Positions 10,364-20,904 of a stretch of DNA of 64,000 nt are shown here, piece by piece. The DNA lies in assembly GCA_039589275.1 (NCBI GenBank), contig JBDHHP010000001.1:7551-71550 (forward strand), in the 5' to 3' direction. Positions within the stretch are counted from its first letter, which is position 1. Each line of letters starts with the position of its first letter. The DNA comes from Gemmatimonadota bacterium (GTDB lineage Bacteria > Gemmatimonadota > Gemmatimonadetes > Gemmatimonadales > GWC2-71-9). A model generated the notes under the pieces. That model searched no databases and was not told where the DNA came from. It was given only the letters and a program-made list of their open reading frames with translations. A program made the position numbers and the translations under genes.

Positions 10364-11505
10364 TCCATCTGCCTCCGGATGAACGTGGGGATCTCCATTT
10401 CGGGAACCTCCGCCGGTGGCGGCACTGGCTGCGTTACGGACACATTGGAGTTGCCACCCGTCACTACTCTGGGCTTGGACCGCTGCGGAAACGGCAAAAC
10501 ACCCGGTGTAGTCACTCTGCCGAAGGGTCCTTCGTGCAGCCCCAGCGTCTGGTCGAAGCCGGTGGCGATAACGGTAACGCGAACCTCTCCATCCATGGCT
10601 GGGTCGGTAACCGCACCGAAGATGATCTCGGCCTGGTCGCCTGCTGCGTCGTGAATCACGTCGTTTATCTGGCTCACTTCACCCAAGGTGAGATCCTCGC
10701 CACCCGTAATATTGACCAACACGCCGGCGGAACCATTTATCTGGACATCGTCGAGCAATGGGCTCGAGATGGCCTGCTGCGCCGACTCTAGCGCCCGATC
10801 CTCACCACGCGCAGCCCCCATCCCCATCAACGCGGATCCGCCATTCTGCATGACGGTGCGGACATCCGCAAAGTCAACGTTGACCAGGCCGGTGATGCTT
10901 ATCAGCGACGAGATGCCCTGCGTGGCATGCAACAACACTTCGTCGGCCTTCTTCAGAGCATCCTGAAAGGTCACGTTCTTGTTTACCACCGAGAGTAGAC
11001 GCTCGTTCGGCACGATAATCATTGTGTCGACATGCTTTGCCATCTCGGTTATCCCGAGTTCGGCCTGACGCATTCTCTTCTTTCCCTCGAACAGAAACGG
11101 TCGAGTGATGATTCCGACGGTGAGCGACCCCACATCGCGTGCAAGTTGCGCTATGATGGGTGACGCCCCCGTCCCGGTTCCCCCGCCCATGCCGCAGGTC
11201 ACGAAGACAAGGTCCGCTCCCTCCAGCACGTTGAGAACGTCATCCCGGTTCTCTTCGATTGCCTGGCGACCGATCTCCGGCCGTGCTCCGGCCCCGAGCC
11301 CGCGCGTCAACTTCTTGCCGATCTGCACCTTGAGGTCAGCCTTGTTCTTCATGAGGGCTTGCGAGTCCGTGTTCACTGAGATGAACTCCACCCCCGTGAG
11401 GTGCTCGTCGATCATCCGATTGACCGCGTTCCCACCACCGCCGCCCACCCCCACGACCTTCATACGCGCGTTTTGCGCAACTGTCTCTTCGAGTTCAAAG
11501 ACCAT
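10360..11505 (-). CDS. ftsZ: cell division protein FtsZ
   Basis: VVGVGGGGGNAVNRMI and GMGGGTGTGASP tubulin signature, with a C-terminal IPTFIRRQ peptide. Confidence 0.98.
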   Translation of the reverse strand: MVFELEETVAQNARMKVVGVGGGGGNAVNRMIDEHLTGVEFISVNTDSQALMKNKADLKVQIGKKLTRGLGAGARPEIGRQAIEENRDDVLNVLEGADLVFVTCGMGGGTGTGASPIIAQLARDVGSLTVGIITRPFLFEGKKRMRQAELGITEMAKHVDTMIIVPNERLLSVVNKNVTFQDALKKADEVLLHATQGISSLISITGLVNVDFADVRTVMQNGGSALMGMGAARGEDRALESAQQAISSPLLDDVQINGSAGVLVNITGGEDLTLGEVSQINDVIHDAAGDQAEIIFGAVTDPAMDGEVRVTVIATGFDQTLGLHEGPFGRVTTPGVLPFPQRSKPRVVTGGNSNVSVTQPVPPPAEVPEMEIPTFIRRQMD

Positions 11506-11527
11506 GGGTCCCTCTCGAGCCCTCAGT

Positions 11528-12760
11528 TTAGAAGAAATCCTGCAACCAACGCTTTATCGGGGTTAGAAAACCATTCAATCCTACACCTCCGAATGACTTG
11601 CCACCGATCAGCTGCCTGGCACCGTACAAGGCCAATCCCACCGGCACCGCATAGCGCGGCGCCTGCACGTTGTCGACCAGACCGGTGATGCGACGGTCCG
11701 GAACTCCTTTGCGCACCGGCATCGCAAACACCTCACGCGCCAACTCTACGACTCCGATCATCTGCGCGCCGCCGCCCGTCAGGATCGCGCCCGCGGGCAG
11801 GCGCCCCGCGAATTCGGTGCTCTCAATCCGCTCCAACACCATTCCCAAGATCTCGTCGAGTCTCTGATGAATGATGTGGGCCAACAACTCCCGCTTGACC
11901 GGTCTGGTACCCTGGCCCGGCGTACCCGGCAGCTCAATCTCCTCATTGGGATCGACAAGGGGAGTGTAAGCCACACCCCAACGCTCTTTCAGTCGCTCCG
12001 CGTCAGCCTGTGTGACGCTTAGGCCCTGCACGATGTCGCCGGTCACGTGAACGCCCGCGTACGGAAGCGACGCCAGATGGCGCAGCTTGCCGTCGTGGAA
12101 CACGGCCACCGTGGTCGACCCACCGCCCAACTCGAGGAGGGCGCAACCGATTTCCTTCTCGTCTGCCGTAACCGTGGCCGAGGATGCAGCCAATGACTCC
12201 AGCACGAGCTCCGCCACCCTATATCCTGCACGCTCAACCGATTTCCGAAGGTTCTGGGCTGCCTTGTTCTGCACGGCGACCAAGCACATCTCCACTTCGA
12301 GCCGCAGTCCCGCCATCCCGACCGGATCGCTGATTCCGCCTTGGCTGTCGACCTTGTACTCCTGCGGAATGAAGTGCAGCAGCTCGAAGTCGTCTCCAAG
12401 ACTCACCGCTTTGGCCACTTCGTCAACCCTTAGAACGTCTGATCGCGAGATTTCCTCGCTCGCGACTGATGCCAGCCCGGTAGAGATCCGCGTCTGAACG
12501 TGGTCTCCCGCAATACCGCAAAACACGGATCGCACATCAACTCCCGCCATCCGTTCGGCATCTTTCATTGCTTGCTTTATCGAGCGTGTGGTCTCCTCGA
12601 TGTCGCGGACCAACCCGCGTTTCACGCCAGTGGTTCGCGCCAACCCAACTCCGAGGACCTTGGCACCTGGCCTGGCGGCATCACCAGTGACCTCAGCAAT
12701 GACGGCGCAGGTCTTCGAGCTTCCCAGATCCAACCCGGCTACCAATTGACCGTGACTCAT
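11528..12760 (-). CDS. ftsA: cell division protein FtsA
   Basis: Actin-like fold (GLDLGSSKTCAVIAE, LELGGGSTTVAV), positioned between ftsQ and ftsZ. Confidence 0.95.
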   Translation of the reverse strand: MSHGQLVAGLDLGSSKTCAVIAEVTGDAARPGAKVLGVGLARTTGVKRGLVRDIEETTRSIKQAMKDAERMAGVDVRSVFCGIAGDHVQTRISTGLASVASEEISRSDVLRVDEVAKAVSLGDDFELLHFIPQEYKVDSQGGISDPVGMAGLRLEVEMCLVAVQNKAAQNLRKSVERAGYRVAELVLESLAASSATVTADEKEIGCALLELGGGSTTVAVFHDGKLRHLASLPYAGVHVTGDIVQGLSVTQADAERLKERWGVAYTPLVDPNEEIELPGTPGQGTRPVKRELLAHIIHQRLDEILGMVLERIESTEFAGRLPAGAILTGGGAQMIGVVELAREVFAMPVRKGVPDRRITGLVDNVQAPRYAVPVGLALYGARQLIGGKSFGGVGLNGFLTPIKRWLQDFF

Positions 12761-13437
12761 GCTCCGCTCAACCTAACAAAGACCTTGTGCGCAAACCGAG
12801 CATCCAGCCGATCGAACCTGTGTCCGCCTGCCCGTAGATGCCGTCTCACAGCCTCAATAGCCACGATCTCGGAGACCGTTGGCACGCCTCCGAGTATTAC
12901 GCTTTCCTTCTCCAACTCCAAGATCACAGCGTCCCCCTCGCCACGCCGGGCATACGATACCTGACCAAACAGCAGCGAGTCGGCGGCCCTAACGGCAGCG
13001 AGCGATCTCATCACCAGTGAATCCGCACGCTCCACCAAGGGCAGGTCGAATCCAGTGGCCGTCGGATCGTACGCAAGTGGGTGCGCGTCACCATCCAGGG
13101 CAATTAGTCCGTCACTCCCCGGCAAGAACGCCACCGGTGGCTTCTCCCGCACCATAATTCTAAGTGTACCCGGCAAACGGCGCTCGACCCGTGCTGCGAG
13201 AACTCCAGGGATTCCCTGCGCCCGCTCCTCCAGGTCACCTGTTGCCTGAAACAGATCCCGCTCGTCGGCCAGGTCGAGGCTGGCCAGAACACTCTCAGGA
13301 TCCAGGAAACTCACGCCTACGAGTTCCACCTGCCTGACTCTGAAGAATCCGGTCAGTCTCAGGGCGCTTGGCAGCATGAAAAGGCTCGCCGCAATGGCCG
13401 CCCCAGCAATCCCCAACAGTAGGCGACCGCGGGTCAC
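12757..13437 (-). CDS. ftsQ: cell division protein FtsQ
   Basis: 226 aa with an N-terminal TM and a POTRA-like region; dcw position between murC and ftsA with 4-nt overlaps on both sides. Confidence 0.8.
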   Translation of the reverse strand: MTRGRLLLGIAGAAIAASLFMLPSALRLTGFFRVRQVELVGVSFLDPESVLASLDLADERDLFQATGDLEERAQGIPGVLAARVERRLPGTLRIMVREKPPVAFLPGSDGLIALDGDAHPLAYDPTATGFDLPLVERADSLVMRSLAAVRAADSLLFGQVSYARRGEGDAVILELEKESVILGGVPTVSEIVAIEAVRRHLRAGGHRFDRLDARFAHKVFVRLSGA

Positions 13438-14813
13438 GCCGCAGCCCCGCCTATTATGCGCAGCAACTCGGACCCCACTTCAGTAATGTCTCCAGCCCCC
13501 AACGTTAGGACAACGTCTCCTTCCTGCAATAGCTGCTCAACACTCCGGGGTACCGCCCGCCGGTCGCCAACCCACTCGACGACCCCTCCAGCCCGCCGCA
13601 CCGCCTTGGCCACGAGCTTCCCCGTCACCCCCGGGATCGGCGCCTCGCGGGCCGGGTATATCGGCAGGACCACCGCCAAGTCCGCCACCGACAACACGAT
13701 GCCCAAGGCCGCGCTCTGAGCTTTGGTGCGGCTGTAGAGGTGTGGCTGAAACACCGCGACTATGCGGCGTCCCGGAAACCGCTGTCGCGCCGCTCCCAAG
13801 GTGGCAGCTACCTCGGTCGCATGGTGCGCGTAATCGTCCACCACCGTGATGCCGCGGGCGGTGCCCAGAACCTGGAAACGACGGGAGACGCCGACGCCGC
13901 CCCTCAGACTGGCTGCGGCTGTGGCAACATCTTCCTCGAGGGTAAAGACCACGCCCAGTGCCATGGCCGCATTCCGCAGGTTGTGGACACCGGGCACCTG
14001 CAAGCTCAGATCAACCGTGTCACCCGACGGGGTCGAGAGACGGGCGGTGCTCCCCGGCTGCCCGTGGTTGAGCTCAGTCAGCCGGAAATCTGCCTTAGGG
14101 GTAACACCGACCTTCCAGGTGGGTACGTCGAGCCTGGCGCTGACTCTCACTGCACCTCGATCGTCAGCACCAACCAGTGCTCGACTAGCCCTACCGGCGA
14201 ATTCCACGAAAGCGCTCTCAAGCGCTTCAGTGGTACCGTAGCACTCCAGGTGATCTGCCTCGACGTTGTTGATTACCGCGACGTCGGGATGTAACTCGAG
14301 GAAGGAGCGATCGTACTCGTCGGCCTCCACCACGTAGAGATCCGAATCACCTACGATGGCGTTTCCGTCCCAATCTTCCACGCGCCCTCCGACTATACCT
14401 GTCGGATCTCTTCCAACGGATTGGAGTGCCACCGTGATCATGGCGGTTGTGGTCGTCTTGCCGTGCGTGCCCGCTACTGCAATGGTCCTGCCGTGCCGCA
14501 CCACCTCCGCCAAAGCCGCTGCCCGCTTGATCACTGGAATGCCAGCGCTTCGCGCCGCTTCCAGCTCGGCGTGGTTCTCGGGCACTGCTGCCGTGTAGAC
14601 GAGAGCTTTGACGCCTTCAACGTGATCGGCGGCGTGGCCGTCGAGCACGGAAATCCCCCTGGCAGCTAGGTCCGCCGCCCCGGCAGGATTGGCATCACAT
14701 CCGGAGATCGCCACCCCTCGGCTCCTGGCGATAAATGCCAGGGCACTCATCCCCGCACCGGCTATCCCCATGAAGTGGATGGGTCGGGGATCGTCCGGGA
14801 TGAACAGTGACAT
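13434..14813 (-). CDS. murC: UDP-N-acetylmuramate--L-alanine ligase
   Basis: HFMGIAGAGMSALA and AVAGTHGKTTTTAM Mur ligase motifs. Confidence 0.95.
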   Translation of the reverse strand: MSLFIPDDPRPIHFMGIAGAGMSALAFIARSRGVAISGCDANPAGAADLAARGISVLDGHAADHVEGVKALVYTAAVPENHAELEAARSAGIPVIKRAAALAEVVRHGRTIAVAGTHGKTTTTAMITVALQSVGRDPTGIVGGRVEDWDGNAIVGDSDLYVVEADEYDRSFLELHPDVAVINNVEADHLECYGTTEALESAFVEFAGRASRALVGADDRGAVRVSARLDVPTWKVGVTPKADFRLTELNHGQPGSTARLSTPSGDTVDLSLQVPGVHNLRNAAMALGVVFTLEEDVATAAASLRGGVGVSRRFQVLGTARGITVVDDYAHHATEVAATLGAARQRFPGRRIVAVFQPHLYSRTKAQSAALGIVLSVADLAVVLPIYPAREAPIPGVTGKLVAKAVRRAGGVVEWVGDRRAVPRSVEQLLQEGDVVLTLGAGDITEVGSELLRIIGGAAA

Positions 14814-14863
14814 TGGCGGGCAGCAATTTAAGAGAAACGCGAAAGTTGCGAAAGGCCTTACAC

Positions 14864-15952
14864 TTAGCTCACTATGGTCAGAAGATGAGAGGCGATATTT
14901 CGAGCCGCTTCGGGTTTTCCTCGGGCTCTCGCGGCGCCTCTCATCTGAGCGGTGCGCCCAGGGTCTTCGAGCAGACCGAAAATCACGGCCCGAAGGCTCT
15001 GAGGCGTTAGCTGTGACTGTTCGAGCACGATAGCTGCCCCGGCTTGGGCCAGAGCCTTAGCGTTCTTGGTCTGATGGTCCGCCGCGGCTCCTGGAAGAGG
15101 AACATAGATGGCCGGCAGACCCCAAGCGCACAATTCTGCCGTCGTCATGGCGCCAGCGCGTGCTACCACGACGTCACTCACGGCATAACCTGCGGCGATC
15201 GGGTCCCAGAAGTCTCGCACGAACCGGTGCGGGGGACGATGATAGCCGGCGTACTCCCGCCACGTTGTCCGTCCCGTGCTCCACAGCAAGACCGTTTGAT
15301 CGAAACACCCCTCGTCCACGAGGGTCTTGACGGCGCTGTTCACGGCACTCGCGCCCTGGCTACCGCCCATCACGAACAGCACCTTTGCCTGCCGCGGTAT
15401 GCTCAGCTGGTCCCGTGCGGCCGCCCGATCTCCTGTCTCCGGGGGCCGCGCGATGGGATTGCCGGAGGGGTGAACCGCGGTTATCGGCCCCGGCTTGAGA
15501 TGCGCGCGTGCCTCTGGGAAGCCCAGGTGTATTTGGCTCGCCCTACGAGCGAGGAGTCGGGTTGTCATTCCCGGATATGCATTCTGTTCCTGCAGCGCTA
15601 TCGGTACGCCACGCCTCGAAGCCTGAAACAGAACCGGACCCGACACGTAACCGCCCGTTCCGACGACCAAGACCGGCCGCTCCTCACGCAATAGGCGGTT
15701 GCACTCGCGAGCCAGGCGCCAGACGAGGGCGGGCCACTTGAAATTGCGCCACCAGGCGCGACGGTGGATCGGTTCAAGCGGTAACAGGTGGTAACGATAG
15801 CTGCGTTGTGGGAGTATCGACGCTTCGACGCCGCGGCGGGCACCAATGAGCACCGGCTCCACAGAGCGGTCCAGCTCAACAAGCGCATCAGCCAGCGCGA
15901 GCGCCGGCATCAGATGACCACCCGTGCCGCCACCCGCCAGCAGAACCCTCAC
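14864..15952 (-). CDS. murG: undecaprenyldiphospho-muramoylpentapeptide beta-N-acetylglucosaminyltransferase
   Basis: LLAGGGTGGHLMPALALA and RAGAMTTAEL motifs. Confidence 0.95.
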   Translation of the reverse strand: MRVLLAGGGTGGHLMPALALADALVELDRSVEPVLIGARRGVEASILPQRSYRYHLLPLEPIHRRAWWRNFKWPALVWRLARECNRLLREERPVLVVGTGGYVSGPVLFQASRRGVPIALQEQNAYPGMTTRLLARRASQIHLGFPEARAHLKPGPITAVHPSGNPIARPPETGDRAAARDQLSIPRQAKVLFVMGGSQGASAVNSAVKTLVDEGCFDQTVLLWSTGRTTWREYAGYHRPPHRFVRDFWDPIAAGYAVSDVVVARAGAMTTAELCAWGLPAIYVPLPGAAADHQTKNAKALAQAGAAIVLEQSQLTPQSLRAVIFGLLEDPGRTAQMRGAARARGKPEAARNIASHLLTIVS

Positions 15953-17088
15953 AGGTTCGACTCCCGGCGCGTCCCTTTAGCGGCGATGTTCATGAGCACT
16001 CCCACCGCCGTCAAAGAGACGATGAGATTCGAGCGGCCGAACGACACAAAGGGAAGAGGCAGCCCCGTTGCAGGTACCAGCGACAGAGTCACTGCAATAT
16101 GGAGGAGCGCCGTGAGGCCGATGAGGGCCGTCAGCCCGACGCCGAGGAACATTCCGAAGCGATCGCGCGCTGCGCGCGCGATGCGGAATCCTATCATCAT
16201 GAACGCGGCGTAGAGCAGCAGGAATACCGTGACACCGACAAATCCCCACTCCTCACCGATCGTGCTGAAAATGAAATCGGAGTATGCGTAAGGAAGGTAT
16301 CCGAGCTTCTGCAGGCCCTCGCCCAAGCCTGCCCCAAACACACGACCAGATCCGAAACCGATCAGTGACTGGCTGATCTGCCAACTCTCTTCGGCCAGGT
16401 CTCCTCCTGGACTCAGGAAGTTCACCATCCTCTGCAACCGGTATTGGGCGCTGGCAATCGAGTGCAGCACAAAAGGCAGAGCGACGACCGCCACCACCAA
16501 GAAGTGACCGATCTTGGCTCCGGCCGTGAACAGGACGATGGCAGCCAACAGTAGCGCGACGCTCGCCGTTGATAGATCTGGCTCCAGCAGGATGAGTGAG
16601 GAGACCGGTACAAGGACTACTACAAACGGCAGGAGGCCTCGCTTGAACCCGCGCAGTGCGTCGCCCTTCTTCGCAGCCAACATCGCGGTCCAGACTACGA
16701 TGGCGAACTTGGCGAATTCCGATGGCTGAATCGTCGCGAAACCGAGAGACATCCATCTTCTGGCTCCATTGCGCTCGATTACGATCGCGTCAGCCATGGG
16801 CAGCAGCAGAATCACCAGGGCGACTGCGGCGACTGCCAACAACGGCCACGCCTGGCGCTGCCACAAGTGATAGTCGATCCGTGAGACTACCAGCATCACG
16901 CCAATCCCGACGACCGCCCCGATCAACTGACGCTGAGCGTAGATGCTCCCAGCACCGCCTCGCTGGATGGCCCAGATGCTCGACGCTCCATAGACCGCAA
17001 CGACGCCGAAGGCCGCCAGCATGACGGCGATTATACCAACCAACCGGCCTTCCCAGAGCGAACTGGAAGCCGTGACGCCGCCCCTCAC
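15949..17088 (-). CDS. ftsW: peptidoglycan glycosyltransferase FtsW (SEDS family)
   Basis: 10-TM SEDS protein (SEFAKFAIVVW, PYAYSDFIFSTIGEEWG) in the dcw position. Confidence 0.92.
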   Translation of the reverse strand: MRGGVTASSSLWEGRLVGIIAVMLAAFGVVAVYGASSIWAIQRGGAGSIYAQRQLIGAVVGIGVMLVVSRIDYHLWQRQAWPLLAVAAVALVILLLPMADAIVIERNGARRWMSLGFATIQPSEFAKFAIVVWTAMLAAKKGDALRGFKRGLLPFVVVLVPVSSLILLEPDLSTASVALLLAAIVLFTAGAKIGHFLVVAVVALPFVLHSIASAQYRLQRMVNFLSPGGDLAEESWQISQSLIGFGSGRVFGAGLGEGLQKLGYLPYAYSDFIFSTIGEEWGFVGVTVFLLLYAAFMMIGFRIARAARDRFGMFLGVGLTALIGLTALLHIAVTLSLVPATGLPLPFVSFGRSNLIVSLTAVGVLMNIAAKGTRRESNL

Positions 17089-18431
17089 ATCATCTCCACC
17101 AAGCTACTGAATCGCTCGCCCCGCTCCTCATAGCTCGTAAACTGGTCGAAGCTGGCGCAGGCGGGAGAAAGGAGCACCGCGTCGCCTCGCCGCGACAGAG
17201 ATGCCGCCGTTGCCACGGCCTCGTCAAACGGTTCAACTGCATGGAACGGCCAGGCATCACGCAGCGACGACGCGATCACCTCCCTCGCTTCACCGTAGGC
17301 CACGATGCAGCGGCACTCAGGACTCACGGCTCGCTTCAGCTTCGAATAGTCGTCCCCTTTCGGCCGCCCCCCCACAATCCACACAAACCGGCGATCCATC
17401 GCGGCCATTGCCACTGACGCCGAAGCGATGTTCGTTGCCTTCGAGTCATTGATCCACAGCACCCCTGCAACTTCCTTCACCGGTTCCAAACGATGGCGTA
17501 GCGGCCGGAAAGACCGAATGCTCTCAGCCACTGTCTCGACCGTGACGCCGGTTGCGGTCACGGCCAAGGCAGCGGCGAGTGCATTCGATACGTTGTGATC
17601 ACCCAGAAGCGCAAGCTCCGACCGCTCGGCCAAGGTCTCACCAAGCAGTACCAGCCTGCTGGTGCTCCGATCGTACCACCCATCCGCTTCCCCACTCAAC
17701 TTCCAATGCAGCCGAACTCCCAACGCACCTTTCGCCAAGTCCAGCACAGCGCCGTCATCGCCGTTCAACACCCATACAGAGTCCGGTGACCCGTTACGGA
17801 ATAGGTTCTTCTTGTCGGCATAGTACTCCTCTGAGTTCTCGTAGCGGTCCAGGTGATCGGGTGCCAGATTGGTCAGCACTCCGATGTCCGGGTCGAGATG
17901 CGGTGCGTCATGCAGCTGGAACGACGACGCCTCGACCGCCACCCAATCCGGCCGTGTCGATAGTCCAGCTACTTCTATGAGGGGGAATCCGATATTCCCT
18001 GCAGCCACCGCATTCACCCCGGCCTGCTGCAGGATATGCGCGATCAGCGCGGTGGTTGTGGTTTTGCCGTTAGTCCCCGTAACTACGATCAGTCGGACGT
18101 CCGGCAACATCATGGCCGCGAGGTCGAGTTCGGCGAGGATCTCGCGCTGAGCACGGCGCGCCAGATCCAGTGCCGGCGCATCGGGCGGAACGCCCGGTGA
18201 TGTGATCACTGCGGCCGACCGGCTTATCCGATCGAAATCGTGGCGCCCCAACTCAACATCGACACCTGTGCCAGCGAGTCCGTCTCGCGCCGCGCCTAGG
18301 CTGCCAGTGCCAGCGCTGTCCGATGCGTATACTCGCAGACCCTGCGATGCCAAGAACCGAGCAGCTGCGACTCCACTCCTACCCAATCCAACAACGGCAA
18401 TCTCGCCATTCCTCCAGGCGGCCGGAATCAT
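17085..18431 (-). CDS. murD: UDP-N-acetylmuramoylalanine--D-glutamate ligase
   Basis: IAVVGLGRSGVAAARFL and VTGTNGKTTTTAL. The track ORF (to 18779) is an artefactual extension. ATG at 18431 gives an ATGA overlap with the mraY stop. Confidence 0.93.
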   Translation of the reverse strand: MIPAAWRNGEIAVVGLGRSGVAAARFLASQGLRVYASDSAGTGSLGAARDGLAGTGVDVELGRHDFDRISRSAAVITSPGVPPDAPALDLARRAQREILAELDLAAMMLPDVRLIVVTGTNGKTTTTALIAHILQQAGVNAVAAGNIGFPLIEVAGLSTRPDWVAVEASSFQLHDAPHLDPDIGVLTNLAPDHLDRYENSEEYYADKKNLFRNGSPDSVWVLNGDDGAVLDLAKGALGVRLHWKLSGEADGWYDRSTSRLVLLGETLAERSELALLGDHNVSNALAAALAVTATGVTVETVAESIRSFRPLRHRLEPVKEVAGVLWINDSKATNIASASVAMAAMDRRFVWIVGGRPKGDDYSKLKRAVSPECRCIVAYGEAREVIASSLRDAWPFHAVEPFDEAVATAASLSRRGDAVLLSPACASFDQFTSYEERGERFSSLVEMM

Positions 18432-19549
18432 CTGATCTTGAGGGTCGCCAGTGCCACGAGAGCACAGATCACGGCGAGAATGTAGAAACGCGTCACTACC
18501 TTCGACTCCGCCCAGCCAAGTTGCTCGAAGTGATGGTGCATCGGCGCCATGCGAAACACACGGTGCTGCCGCGCATACTCGAGACCGTGTCGCCTCTTCC
18601 GCAGGCGGAACACCGAGGTCTGGATTATCACAGAGAGGGTCTCCGCCGCAAATACTCCGCCGATCAGTAGCAGCAGGAACTCCGACTTGAGCAGTATCGC
18701 GACCGTTCCAAATGCGCCGCCGATAGCTAGACTGCCAGTATCTCCCATGAATACCTCGGATGGGTGCGCATTGTACCAAAGAAAGCCCAGCGCAGCTCCC
18801 ATCAACGCGGCGCAGAAGACGGCCAGCTCGCCGGCGCCATTGAGGTAGTACACGAACAAATACTGAGTGTAGTCGAAGCGACCAAAGATATAGGCGAAGA
18901 TGGCAAATGCGGCCGCGGCAATCACAGTGAGTCCCGCAGCCAGCCCATCCAGTCCGTCTGTGAGATTAACGGCGTTGCTGCTACCCGTTACCACCACGGT
19001 CACGAAAGCCACATACAGCATCGGGTGTAGAGACACCAGCAGATACTTGAAGAACGGAAGCGTGGTGGAACTGGCCGGCAGGTCCTCCACTACCGGCCAC
19101 AATAGCAGGTACGTACCCAATGCCAGACCGAATGTGACCTGGCCGACGATCTTGTGTCGAGCGACGAGCCCGCGGGCTTTGCCCTGAACCACCTTCAAGT
19201 AGTCATCCACGAACCCAATCGCACCCATCCACAGGGTCGCGGCAGCGGCAACGACAACGTATTGACTGTCTAGACGAGCCCATAGAAGCGTTGGCACGAC
19301 TGTACAGGCCAGCACTATGAGCCCACCCATCGTGGGCGTTCCTCGCTTGGAGTGGTGTGATGCCGGCCCGTCTGTGCGTATCACCTGTCCAACGCCCTTC
19401 TGCTTCAGTCTCCTGATGATCGCAGGCCCGACGATGAACGCCAGCAATATGGCCGTCACCGTTGCCCCTGCGGCTCGGAAAGAGATGTAGTTGAAGACGT
19501 TGAACCCAAAGAACTCTGAGGTCAGTGGAGTCAAGAGATGGTAGAGCAC
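18428..19549 (-). CDS. mraY: phospho-N-acetylmuramoyl-pentapeptide transferase
   Basis: KRGTPTMGG, NAVNLTDGLDGLA and MGDTGSLAIGG motifs. Confidence 0.97.
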   Translation of the reverse strand: MLYHLLTPLTSEFFGFNVFNYISFRAAGATVTAILLAFIVGPAIIRRLKQKGVGQVIRTDGPASHHSKRGTPTMGGLIVLACTVVPTLLWARLDSQYVVVAAAATLWMGAIGFVDDYLKVVQGKARGLVARHKIVGQVTFGLALGTYLLLWPVVEDLPASSTTLPFFKYLLVSLHPMLYVAFVTVVVTGSSNAVNLTDGLDGLAAGLTVIAAAAFAIFAYIFGRFDYTQYLFVYYLNGAGELAVFCAALMGAALGFLWYNAHPSEVFMGDTGSLAIGGAFGTVAILLKSEFLLLLIGGVFAAETLSVIIQTSVFRLRKRRHGLEYARQHRVFRMAPMHHHFEQLGWAESKVVTRFYILAVICALVALATLKIR

Positions 19550-19563
19550 GGTAACCGGTCGCC

Positions 19564-20904
19564 TTAGTTGCTAGACGTGATAAAGGGAACTGCGCGCTCC
19601 ATGTGAACGCCATGCGATCCTTTCACCAGCACGATCTCATCGCCTTCGAGCAGCGGCGCAACGGCTTGGCCCAGGGCTGCGGCATCTGGGGCCGTCACCA
19701 AACGGTCTCCCAGCTCGTCCGCGTACTTCGCGAAAGCGGGGACGAAGTCTCCCGTCACGGCGACCATATGTGGATCGACCGCCATAACCGCGTCGGCCAT
19801 GCGGGCATGCAGAGCGCTGGCCTGGTCGCCCAGCTCCAGCATCGTGCCAAGTACAGCCACGATTCTGCGGCCTCCGCGAATGGACTCCGCGGTCTCGAGC
19901 AGCGCGAGCAGCGACTCTGGATTCGCATTGTATGCGTCGTGAAGCAGTATGCCCCGACCGTTAGGGATAGCTTCACATCGACCTGCAGGTAGAGACACAT
20001 TCCCCAATGCGGGGCCAACGTCTGCGATATCCAGTTCGAGTTGCAGTGCGACCGCTACCGTCAGGATGGCGTTGTCGATCTGATGCCTGCCAAGCAGGGG
20101 CAGATCGATTCGCACCCTGTCGAACACGAACCAGCCACAACCTGACTCCGTCAGTCCATACTCCTCGGGCCGCACGTCCGCAACGTCACTCATTCCAGCC
20201 GTCACGACGTGCGTCGCCGCCTGTCCAGCATATTCGGCCAACGCAGGTGGGTCGACTCCGACAACCGCAGTGTCAACACCGTCGAGCAGCGATACTTTTT
20301 CTCGCAGGACACCCTCGAGCGACTGGAAGCCCTCGAGATGCCCTGAACCCACGTTGGTCACGAGCCCCAGGGTCGGCTCTATGATATCGCGGAGTCGCGA
20401 GATCTCGCCCGGCAGATTCGCGCCTGCCTCGACCACCAAAGCTTCGCAGTCTCTTGGAGCGTCGAGGATCGTTAGGGGCACTCCAATCAGATTGTTCAGG
20501 TTTTCCGTCGTGGCATGCACGGTCCACTCGGTCGCCAGTGCACACCGCAGCATTTCCTTGGTCGAGGTCTTTCCATTGGTGCCGGTGATGCCTACCACTG
20601 GCCCCTGGATCTCACGCCTGCGCTCCCTCGCCAACTTGCCAAGAGCAGCAATCGTATCTTCCACCTCGTACAGTGCCAGACCATCGACTGATGCAGTACC
20701 GTAACGCACAACGGCCCCCAGGGCACCAGCATCTCGGGCGTTCTGCAGGAACCGGTGTCCGTCGAAGTGCTCACCCTCCAATGCAACGAACAGGGAACCA
20801 GAATCGAGACTCCGGGTGTCGGTGCTTATTGACGTAAAGCACACATCTGTGAGACAGTCGGTTTCCAGTGCGGCTGCAACGCGAGCAGCGGGCCAGGGCG
20901 TCAT
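19564..20904 (-). CDS. murF: UDP-N-acetylmuramoyl-tripeptide--D-alanyl-D-alanine ligase
   Basis: GITGTNGKTSTKEM, Mur ligase fold, dcw position. Confidence 0.93.
   Translation of the reverse strand: MTPWPAARVAAALETDCLTDVCFTSISTDTRSLDSGSLFVALEGEHFDGHRFLQNARDAGALGAVVRYGTASVDGLALYEVEDTIAALGKLARERRREIQGPVVGITGTNGKTSTKEMLRCALATEWTVHATTENLNNLIGVPLTILDAPRDCEALVVEAGANLPGEISRLRDIIEPTLGLVTNVGSGHLEGFQSLEGVLREKVSLLDGVDTAVVGVDPPALAEYAGQAATHVVTAGMSDVADVRPEEYGLTESGCGWFVFDRVRIDLPLLGRHQIDNAILTVAVALQLELDIADVGPALGNVSLPAGRCEAIPNGRGILLHDAYNANPESLLALLETAESIRGGRRIVAVLGTMLELGDQASALHARMADAVMAVDPHMVAVTGDFVPAFAKYADELGDRLVTAPDAAALGQAVAPLLEGDEIVLVKGSHGVHMERAVPFITSSN

Noticed and set aside
18432-18779. Long N-terminal extensions of several track ORFs: murD to 18779, cheA to 44990, rluD to 46913, cdaA to 56206, PATAN-TPR to 39805, the second cheW to 30691 and the first cheW to 45730.
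   Set aside because: Each extension overlaps the well-supported upstream gene in another frame and has Arg/Gly/Ser-rich junk composition. An internal start sits within a few nt of the upstream stop.
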